A stretch of DNA of 64,000 nt from Candidatus Nanopelagicales bacterium (GTDB lineage Bacteria; Actinomycetota; Actinomycetes; S36-B12; UBA5976). Under the pieces are notes generated by a model. The model was given only the letters and a program-made list of their open reading frames with translations. It had not been told where the DNA came from and searched no databases. The position numbers were made by a program, and so were the translations under genes. The stretch covers positions 52,393-116,392 of the forward strand of contig JAOATY010000038.1 of the NCBI GenBank assembly GCA_030157865.1. Reading direction: 5' to 3'. How positions within the stretch are numbered: the first letter of the stretch is position 1; every line of letters starts with the position of its first letter. This document shows positions 56,912 through 64,000 of this stretch, piece after piece.

Positions 56912-57694
56912 GTGGTTGAAAAGAATCAAGATTTCCCTCGCGCATGGGTCGAGTTTGTTGATCCCGAGGATGACACAAATTTGTATCGCTGCGATCTGAC
57001 CTGGCTAACAAGTCGATGGACTTGTATCTGGGGAAATGGTTGCAAAGGAATCGGCAAAGAAAATCCTGACGTAGGTTGTTGCAACCTCGGCGCACACATC
57101 GCTGACAAAGAAGATTTCAAGAACACCAAGAAGCATGCAGCCATGTTGACGCCTGACATTTGGCAGAACTACGACGAAGGTCACGCGAACGGCATGTTCG
57201 AAAAAGATGACGATGGCGCAAAGAAAACCCGCGCGTACAACGGTGCTTGCATCTTCCACAACCGCAATGACTTCGAAGGCGGCGACGGTTGTTCGCTACA
57301 TATTTTGGCCGGTCAACTCGGCGTAAATCCTTTGGTTACCAAGCCACAAGTTTGTTGGGAACTTCCAATTCGTCGCACATTCGAAGAAGTTAAGCGACCA
57401 GATGATGTGGACATCATCGTTATTGGAATTGAAGAGTACAACCGACGTGGTTGGGGTCCTGGCGGCGAAGATTTGGATTGGTACTGCACAACTGCAACTG
57501 AAGCTCATGTTGGGGCTCGCGCGGTTTACCAATCCTACGAACCAGAACTAACTGCGTTAATGGGCAAGAAGGCTTACAAGATTTTGGCAGACCATTGCCA
57601 AGCTCGCGAAGAGATGATTGCGGCAGCAAAGGCTTCCGACAACGCTCGCGCAATCAAGTACCTTGCGATTCACCCAGCAACGCCAAAATCCTAA
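56912..57694 (+). CDS. Conserved Cys-rich hypothetical protein (GTG start), divergent from ppx
   Basis: 260 aa with cysteine clusters CDLTWLTSRWTCIWGNGCKG...GCCNLGAH and CIFHNR...GCSLH. By position it looks like the counterpart of the conserved hypothetical gene divergent from ppx in mycobacteria (recalled, not checked). Confidence 0.7.
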   Translation: MVEKNQDFPRAWVEFVDPEDDTNLYRCDLTWLTSRWTCIWGNGCKGIGKENPDVGCCNLGAHIADKEDFKNTKKHAAMLTPDIWQNYDEGHANGMFEKDDDGAKKTRAYNGACIFHNRNDFEGGDGCSLHILAGQLGVNPLVTKPQVCWELPIRRTFEEVKRPDDVDIIVIGIEEYNRRGWGPGGEDLDWYCTTATEAHVGARAVYQSYEPELTALMGKKAYKILADHCQAREEMIAAAKASDNARAIKYLAIHPATPKS

Positions 57695-57773
57695 GTTTTA
57701 TTCACAGGGGCTTTAGTTAGCCATTGGCGTACCAAAAGCTACGGCTGTCAGTCTAGGCGCGTAACCTAAGGGC

Positions 57774-59147
57774 ATGGCTAAAGCAGTTCGCGCAACATAC
57801 AAGTGCACCGAGTGTGGGTGGACTGGCCATAAATGGGTCGGACGTTGCCCTGAATGCCAAGCCTGGAGTTCAGTAACCGAATCATCCGTGGCTGCAAGTA
57901 GCGCGGGTTTACGAACCTCAACGGCAGGCGTCGCGCCCGGTAAACCCGCTCGCGCTGTTAAGGACATCCCACTTGGTGAAGTTGAACGCACTTCAACGGG
58001 AATCGAAGAATTTGATCGCGTACTTGGCGGCGGTCTTGTAGCTGGCCAATGTGTTTTGCTTGCTGGTGAACCTGGCGTTGGAAAATCCACTCTGTTACTT
58101 GAGGCCGCCGATAAGTTTGCTCGCGCTTCAGGTAAGCCTCGCAAAGTTTTATACATCTCTGGTGAAGAGTCCGCTGAACAAATCGGGATTCGAGCTCGAC
58201 GTATCGGAGTAAATGCCGACACATTGCTTGTTGCTGATGAAACAGATCTAGCCGTGCTGCTTGGGCACGTCGAAGATGTTGATCCGGATTTACTAATCGT
58301 TGACAGTGTGCAAACCATTGCATCGGCTGAACTTGATGGACGCGCCGGTGGCGTCGCACAAGTACACGAAGTAACCCAAGTCTTAACTCGGGCAGCAAAA
58401 GGTCGCCGGATGCCACTTTTGCTTATTGGCCAGTCCACTCGCGATAACTCAGTTGCAGGACCTCGTTCACTTGAGCACTTGGTAGATACAGTTCTGACTT
58501 TTGAAGGCGACCGCGGAACTCCATTGCGCCTGCTTCGCGCCAACAAGAATCGTTACGGCCCTGCTGATGAGGTTGCCTGCTTTGAACAAGCAGACGATGG
58601 CCTTCGCCAAGTTACTGATCCATCCGCCTTGTTTAGATCCCAGCGCGATCAAGCGATCCCAGGAACTTGCATTGCGATCACATTAGAAGGGCGCCGAGCA
58701 TTGCTGGTTGAAGTTCAGGCTTTGACGACAACTAGTCCTGGCAGTAACCCGATGCGTCGGACGACCGGATTTGATAACGCTCGAGCCGCAATGTTGATCG
58801 CAGTGACAGAGCGGGCTGCTCGACTAAAGCTTTGGGATAAAGACGTGTACTTAGCAACGGTCGCAGGTGCCAAGATTTCCGATCCTGGCGCTGACTTGGC
58901 GATGTGCTTAGCCATTACCTCGGCCGCCCGAGATTCTGCACTGCCTATTGACTTAGTTGCCATTGGCGAAGTTGCTCTAAGCGGCGATGTCCGACCAGTG
59001 CCTGGCATGAATCAGCGCTTAAGTGAGGCTGCCCGAATCGGATTCAAAACTGCGCTGGTGCCAAAAAGCACCCGACTGCCATCGGGAGTCAAAGGCCTTC
59101 GATTGATCGAGGTCGGCTCGCTAACGGATGCAGTAAACGCAATCTAA
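57774..59147 (+). CDS. radA: DNA repair protein RadA
   Basis: Zinc finger YKCTECGWTGHKWVGRCPEC, Walker A GEPGVGKST, the KNRYG motif, and a Lon-like C-terminal domain. Confidence 0.96.
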   Translation: MAKAVRATYKCTECGWTGHKWVGRCPECQAWSSVTESSVAASSAGLRTSTAGVAPGKPARAVKDIPLGEVERTSTGIEEFDRVLGGGLVAGQCVLLAGEPGVGKSTLLLEAADKFARASGKPRKVLYISGEESAEQIGIRARRIGVNADTLLVADETDLAVLLGHVEDVDPDLLIVDSVQTIASAELDGRAGGVAQVHEVTQVLTRAAKGRRMPLLLIGQSTRDNSVAGPRSLEHLVDTVLTFEGDRGTPLRLLRANKNRYGPADEVACFEQADDGLRQVTDPSALFRSQRDQAIPGTCIAITLEGRRALLVEVQALTTTSPGSNPMRRTTGFDNARAAMLIAVTERAARLKLWDKDVYLATVAGAKISDPGADLAMCLAITSAARDSALPIDLVAIGEVALSGDVRPVPGMNQRLSEAARIGFKTALVPKSTRLPSGVKGLRLIEVGSLTDAVNAI

Positions 59148-59221
59148 ATTTCTTTGGCAATCCTGTGAAAATGTTGGGTTCAGACGTAGACTCAACTCAA
59201 CTCGAGTGAGAAAGAACTTTC

Positions 59222-60313
59222 GTGGCAACCAAAGAGCAAGTTAACTCTGCTGAATTATTGAGATCTGTTTTGGCACAAGTTGCCCCCGGCACCGAACTGC
59301 GTGACGGCTTGGAAAGAATCCTTCGAGGCAACACTGGCGCCCTAATTGTTTTGGGTCAAGACAAGACCATCAACACAATCAGTAGCGGTGGCTTTGATGT
59401 AAACATAGATTTCACTGCGACTCGACTTCGCGAGCTGGCAAAAATGGACGGCGCAGTTATTTGCGATCGTGATGCCACAAAGATTATTTCGGCTGCCGTG
59501 CAGTTGCTTCCTGATCCTTCGATTCCAACCAGTGAACAAGGAACTCGACACCGCACAGCCGATCGCGTTTCCCGACAATCGAACTTGCCCGTCATCAGCG
59601 TAAGTAAGTCGATGCGAATCATTGCGCTTTACCTTGATGGTCGTCGTTACGTACTAGAAGATTCCGCAACCATTCTTTCCAAAGCCAATCAGGCGTTAGC
59701 AACTTTGGAACGTTACCGCGCTCGATTAGACGAAGTTGCAGGTTCACTTTCCACAATGGAAATTGAAGACTTAGTAACAACACGTGATGTAGCAACAGTC
59801 GTGCAGCGCCATGAAATGGTGCGTCGTATTTCAAGTGAAATTTCAGCTTACGTAGTTGAACTTGGAACTGATGGTCGCTTACTTTCGTTACAACTTGAAG
59901 AATTGATCTCCGGAGCTGCCGCTGATCTTGGTTTCATCATTCGCGACTACATGCCAACTGGTGGCCGAAAAGCCAATAAAGCAGAGGGAATTCTTGATGG
60001 AATCGCTGACTTAGATGCTGCTTCTCTATTAGATGTTTCAAATATTGCTGAAGTTATTGGACTTCCAAGTGACACCGAATCACTCGATAACACCGTGCAT
60101 CCTCGTGGCTTCCGATTGCTTGCAAAAGTGCCAAGACTTCCAGAACAGATCTTTGAAAACTTGATTCAGCACTTTGGTAGTTTGCAACACTTACTTTCAG
60201 CATCCGCTGAAGAACTTCGCGATGTCGAAGGTGTTGGTGAAACTCGTGCACGAGCGATTCGCGAAAACTTATCTCGAGTTGCTGAAGCAAGTTTGCTTGA
60301 GCGTTACGTCTAA
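59222..60313 (+). CDS. disA: DNA integrity scanning protein DisA (diadenylate cyclase), GTG start
   Basis: DAC domain with GALIVLG, DGAVI and GTRHRTADR, plus a C-terminal HhH (VEGVGETRARAIRE). It lies downstream of radA. Confidence 0.95.
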   Translation: MATKEQVNSAELLRSVLAQVAPGTELRDGLERILRGNTGALIVLGQDKTINTISSGGFDVNIDFTATRLRELAKMDGAVICDRDATKIISAAVQLLPDPSIPTSEQGTRHRTADRVSRQSNLPVISVSKSMRIIALYLDGRRYVLEDSATILSKANQALATLERYRARLDEVAGSLSTMEIEDLVTTRDVATVVQRHEMVRRISSEISAYVVELGTDGRLLSLQLEELISGAAADLGFIIRDYMPTGGRKANKAEGILDGIADLDAASLLDVSNIAEVIGLPSDTESLDNTVHPRGFRLLAKVPRLPEQIFENLIQHFGSLQHLLSASAEELRDVEGVGETRARAIRENLSRVAEASLLERYV

Positions 60314-60327
60314 TTCTTTTTCGGCAA

Positions 60328-60978
60328 TTACTGAACGACGAACTTAACGCCATCGCTGTTTAAGCTGGAATTTCTACCATGTGCCCAATACGCACCTGGA
60401 TCAGCCATGTTTGTGACTTTGCAGCCAGTTGAAGTTTGTTTGCCAATCCAAACAACTTTTACATTCCATTCTTGACCAGGTGCTAGTTCAACTAAATCTT
60501 TATCTGTATTTGGATTGCAATGATCGGTTGACCAAATCAATGCCGGTCCAGAAATTACCGTGACTTCATTTGCGCCGCTACCGACATCGCGCTTACAGGT
60601 CTTTGCCGAAATGTTCTTGACGATCATGTTTATATGAACGCCTTCACCAACAGCTGTCGTTTCTCGATCTACTTCAACGCGCACTGAAGTGTCCGCATCA
60701 GAGCACTCGCCTTCGGCGACGGCTGGGACTGCTGGTTGCGCAGTTGGTTGCAGAATGCTTGGAGTGGGTGAGGCAGCAACAACACTTGGAATCGGAGTAG
60801 CAACAACTGCTCCTTCAGTTGGAGCGGCTGAGGCGGCAGCTTGAACAGTGTCGTCACCACCGGTAAAAGTGCGAATCAGGACAATCAAAGTAACTAGGGC
60901 AGCCAGGCCAAGCATTAGGCGACGTCGCCAATAGACCACTGGTTCTTCTGGTCCTACTGGATGCACTACACCGGTCAC
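60328..60978 (-). CDS. Membrane-anchored secreted protein, DUF4232-like C-terminal domain
   Basis: One N-terminal TM segment, an Ala/Pro/Thr-rich linker, then a Cys-containing beta-rich domain (...CSDADTSVRV...NISAKTCKRD...WSTDHC...TGC). Confidence 0.7.
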   Translation of the reverse strand: MTGVVHPVGPEEPVVYWRRRLMLGLAALVTLIVLIRTFTGGDDTVQAAASAAPTEGAVVATPIPSVVAASPTPSILQPTAQPAVPAVAEGECSDADTSVRVEVDRETTAVGEGVHINMIVKNISAKTCKRDVGSGANEVTVISGPALIWSTDHCNPNTDKDLVELAPGQEWNVKVVWIGKQTSTGCKVTNMADPGAYWAHGRNSSLNSDGVKFVVQ

Positions 60979-61080
60979 ATATTTAAGGTATTAAGCAATT
61001 GCCACCAAAGGCAGTAGGCGCGAGCAAGTGATGACCTAGAAATTCACTTTTTGAAAGCTTTTGGCGAATCGGACAAGTGC

Positions 61081-62064
61081 CTAGACGGAAAATGCAGGGA
61101 TAACTTTTCCAACATGAACGCCGCCGCCAAATAGTTCTTGGCTCTCCAGCTGACGTTCGACTTCCTGAGAGACGACGCCCATAACGTTCTGCAGAATCGA
61201 CATGGCAACTACGATTCGAGCACGATCAGCGCCATCTTCAATCTTGAGCGCAAGTGCCCTTCCATCCCCCAGGCCAATTCCGTAAACCGCTTCGGCACCA
61301 TCTTTAGCCAGCAGACTTGGAACACCTTGCATAAGTTTTGTAACGTCACGTCGAGTTCCACCTAAGTACTGTGGATTTGCGCGTATTGCATCAGCAATTG
61401 ATTTCTGTTTCGAATCTGCACTAGGTCCAGCAAATTTTGAAAATGCTCGAGCTAAGCCAACTAGTGATGTGGACATTAGTGGCGCACCACATCCATCAAC
61501 ACCGATGTGTTCAATTGTCTGGCCCGTAACTTCTTCAATTGTTTCTTTGCAGGCTATTTGAAGTGGGTGTGTTGGCTTCAGGTAAGTATTGGTATCCCAG
61601 CCATTAAGAACACATGTGAACAGCATGGCCGAATGTTTGCCACTGCAATTCATGTATGACGAAGTCTTGCCCAGGCCAGCTGCCAGCAAAGTATCGCGCT
61701 CGACTTCATCAAGTGGCCAGTCAGCTGGGCATTGCAATGCTGAGGTGTCTAAATTCGCGGCATTCAAAATGTCTTCCACGCCAGCGAGGTGGAAATCTTC
61801 ACCGCTATGGGAAGCGCAAGCTAAAGCAAGTAATTCGTCTTTAAGTGGCAAACCATTTCTGACCATTGCCAGGCCTTGCATTAACTTGCTCGAAGACCTC
61901 GGGAACATGGCGGTTGAAACATCACCGATTGACCATTCAACTTTGCCTTGAGCATCTACAACAACGGCACTACCGAAATGTGCGCCTTCAACAAGTCCGC
62001 TTCGGACCACATAAGCAACTGGAACTGACACTCCCCTATCGTTCCATGTTTGACTATTGGACAC
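61081..62064 (-). CDS. Asparaginase (L-asparaginase II / Rhizobium-type family)
   Basis: 327 aa with RSSSKLMQG, ASHSGE and MNCSGKHSAML. Confidence 0.82.
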   Translation of the reverse strand: MSNSQTWNDRGVSVPVAYVVRSGLVEGAHFGSAVVVDAQGKVEWSIGDVSTAMFPRSSSKLMQGLAMVRNGLPLKDELLALACASHSGEDFHLAGVEDILNAANLDTSALQCPADWPLDEVERDTLLAAGLGKTSSYMNCSGKHSAMLFTCVLNGWDTNTYLKPTHPLQIACKETIEEVTGQTIEHIGVDGCGAPLMSTSLVGLARAFSKFAGPSADSKQKSIADAIRANPQYLGGTRRDVTKLMQGVPSLLAKDGAEAVYGIGLGDGRALALKIEDGADRARIVVAMSILQNVMGVVSQEVERQLESQELFGGGVHVGKVIPAFSV

Positions 62065-62103
62065 CTAATGCGAACTACCGATAAACCACGGCAGAATGTG
62101 ACT

Positions 62104-62574
62104 ATGCGTGCAGTTGTTCAGCGAGTTGATGGTGCCAGTGTTGTTGTTGAGGGCGAAACCATTGGTTCCTTCGATGGTCCAGGCCTTCTGGTCTTAATCG
62201 GCGTAAGTGTCGATGATGATGAAAGTAAGTGTGCAGTCCTTGCGGACAAGATTTGGAAGCTTCGGATTTTTGAATCTGCTGCCTTGAAGGCTGCTGGTAA
62301 GACAGTTAGCTCTGAATCTGTCGAAGTTGCTGCCGCCGATGCTGGATTACCAATCTTGGCCATCAGCCAGTTCACGCTATTTGCTGATACAACAAATGGT
62401 CGCCGGCCAACTTGGCAACAAGCAGCTCGCGGGCCGCAGGCGGAGCCATTAGTTGAAAATGTAGTTAATGCTCTGCAGGATCTTGGCGCACATGTTGAGA
62501 CTGGAAAATTTGGCGCGGACATGAGAATCAGTGCCGTTTGCGACGGCCCAATGACCATCACGCTCGAGGTTTAG
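62104..62574 (+). CDS. dtd: D-aminoacyl-tRNA deacylase
   Basis: MRAVVQRVDGASV..., ISQFTLFAD and a C-terminal DGPMTI. I prefer the ATG at 62104 over the track start at 62050. Confidence 0.9.
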   Translation: MRAVVQRVDGASVVVEGETIGSFDGPGLLVLIGVSVDDDESKCAVLADKIWKLRIFESAALKAAGKTVSSESVEVAAADAGLPILAISQFTLFADTTNGRRPTWQQAARGPQAEPLVENVVNALQDLGAHVETGKFGADMRISAVCDGPMTITLEV

Positions 62575-63552
62575 TTACTCAACAATTACGGTTTGGCTGG
62601 CAGCAACTGTGCCCGCTGTCAGGACCGCGTCAGTTGGAACCGAACGCTTGATGACAGCAAGGGCGAGTGGTCCACTTTCGTAATCCTGCGTAACTGAAGT
62701 TACTCGGCCAACTTCTTTTCCATCCAAAAGCACAGCATCGCCGATTGCTGGTAAGTCGTTAGTTGAGCCATCAAGTTCAAGCTGCACTATGCGACGCGGC
62801 GGCTTACCTAAGTTATAAACCCGAGCCACAGTCTCTTGGCCGCGATAGCAACCCTTGTTCAAGTGAACCGAAGAACCAATTAATCCAACTTCGTGTGGAA
62901 TTGTTTTGTGGTCAGTTTCGAAATTGAGGCGAGGAACGCCGGCACGAATTCGATGCGCTTCCCAGGCCCAAGTTCCAACCTGAGTTTCTTGATTCAAAAC
63001 ATCTTTAAGTTCAGAACGCGGTACAAAAAGTTCGCTAACTTTCCAGTCCGCAGGTCTGGTCGCAACGTACTTGTCATTAACCTGAGAGTCGTTTACAAAA
63101 GCTTCAGATGAATGCCACACCGGATATGTATCTGACTCAATCCACCCAGGTGCGCCCACGATTGCAATTTCATCTGATACATCTTTGATCTCAACTCGAA
63201 GCATGAACTTCATTGACTCTAAGTAGTGAATCAAGTCATTCACAGTTCCTGGTTCGCAGCTAATCCAAATGGTTTCATTATGTTCAGCTACGTGAATGTC
63301 ATGTTCGATGTGACCGTGTGGCGACAAAATCAATGAAGTTAGATGTGCAACCGGTGATTCAAAATCTTGGGTTGTAATCGAATGCATCCAGGATTTTCGA
63401 TCTGGTCCAGAAACCGTGACCACGCCGCGATGTGAAAGATCTACTCGTCCACGACCTGCAACTAATTCGCGCTGTTCTTTAAACGGCTCTCCGAAGTGCC
63501 ATGGCACCGCAGCATCAATGCTGGTGTCGTCCATGTGCGGAATAGCGGTCAT
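62575..63552 (-). CDS. ygfZ: Folate-binding Fe-S cluster repair/tRNA-modification protein YgfZ (GcvT-like)
   Basis: 325 aa with the signature NKGCYRGQETVARV. Confidence 0.85.
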   Translation of the reverse strand: MTAIPHMDDTSIDAAVPWHFGEPFKEQRELVAGRGRVDLSHRGVVTVSGPDRKSWMHSITTQDFESPVAHLTSLILSPHGHIEHDIHVAEHNETIWISCEPGTVNDLIHYLESMKFMLRVEIKDVSDEIAIVGAPGWIESDTYPVWHSSEAFVNDSQVNDKYVATRPADWKVSELFVPRSELKDVLNQETQVGTWAWEAHRIRAGVPRLNFETDHKTIPHEVGLIGSSVHLNKGCYRGQETVARVYNLGKPPRRIVQLELDGSTNDLPAIGDAVLLDGKEVGRVTSVTQDYESGPLALAVIKRSVPTDAVLTAGTVAASQTVIVE

Positions 63553-63603
63553 AACAACATTCTCTCGCAGTTAATGCGGGCGGGAAACCTTTATCGCTAA
63601 GGG

Positions 63604-64000
63604 CTAAAGCAGCTTTTGGCGATCCATGCAGGTTGCGCACTGGCCATGAACTGAAACGTGTGCCACGTCAGTCTCAAACCCAACTTTTTCCCGAAGCATT
63701 TGTACGAATAGTTCAGCCGCATCTGCCGGAATTGATTGCACGCCTTGGCAGGTGTCACAAACCAAGTGGATGTGGGCGTCGGTATCAACTGAGTGATATG
63801 TCGGTGCACCATGACCAATATGAGCGTGAGTAACCAAACCAACTTGTTCCAAAACTTCTAGAGTTCGGTAGATAGTCGAAAGGTTTACGGCAGCTGCAGT
63901 CTTTTGGACTTCTGAAAGCAATTCTTCTGGAGTCGCGTGACCCAAAGTGTTAACAGCTTCAAGCACTAACTGACGCTGCGGAGTGATTCGGTAACCCTGG
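63604..64000 (-). CDS. Fur-family transcriptional regulator (N-terminus beyond window end)
   Basis: ...RITPQRQLVLEAV...STIYRTLEVLEQVGLV..HAHIGH...HLVCDTC...HGQCATC. The ORF stays open to the window edge, so the M at 63966 is probably internal. Confidence 0.85.
   Translation of the reverse strand, partial: QGYRITPQRQLVLEAVNTLGHATPEELLSEVQKTAAAVNLSTIYRTLEVLEQVGLVTHAHIGHGAPTYHSVDTDAHIHLVCDTCQGVQSIPADAAELFVQMLREKVGFETDVAHVSVHGQCATCMDRQKLL

Noticed and set aside
57713-58546. 277-aa minus-strand ORF (Ser/Arg/Pro/Thr-rich)
   Set aside because: It is entirely antisense to radA, whose zinc finger, Walker A and KNRYG motifs are intact. The composition is typical of a shadow frame.

Overview
This is a dense, almost gap-free chromosomal core region of an actinobacterial-type genome. 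Gene order repeatedly mirrors mycobacterial/streptomycete blocks as I recall them: groES-groEL, tRNA-Thr/Met-rpmG-hadAB-like, nuoA-N, men genes, ccsA-resB-ccdA, hemD, proC-HTH-bS22, ppx and radA-disA. Moderate GC by eye and several 0-nt convergent gene junctions suggest a streamlined lineage, but that is inference only. I call about 80 protein genes (mostly minus strand) and 3 tRNAs. I recognised no rRNA, CRISPR array, transposase or integrase. Respiratory functions dominate: type II NADH dehydrogenase, a complete 14-gene nuoA-N operon, a polyprenyl synthase, seven menaquinone genes (menA-G), system II cytochrome c maturation and Rex. The most noteworthy observations are: (1) an orphan, translationally coupled NuoB/NuoC/NuoI-like trio with no NuoD/NuoH-like partner nearby; (2) a hem locus reduced to rex plus a cobA/hemD fusion, with hemA/hemC/hemB/hemL absent from their syntenic slots although heme-consuming systems are kept; (3) an ATC-hydrolase plus carbamoyl-amino-acid amidohydrolase pair wedged between tRNA genes; (4) a P450, a small membrane protein, a Cas4-like nuclease and a DmpA peptidase sitting inside the co-directional men gene run; (5) a 467-aa polytopic coiled-coil membrane protein I could not assign to any family, between menG and menF; (6) a GntR-FMO-2xSDR operon. 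Regulatory signals include dual CIRCE, a Rex operator before nuoA, perfect palindromes, and a 15-codon uORF coupled to menF. All functional calls come from motif and family recognition by eye on the supplied translations. No database search or computation was run.
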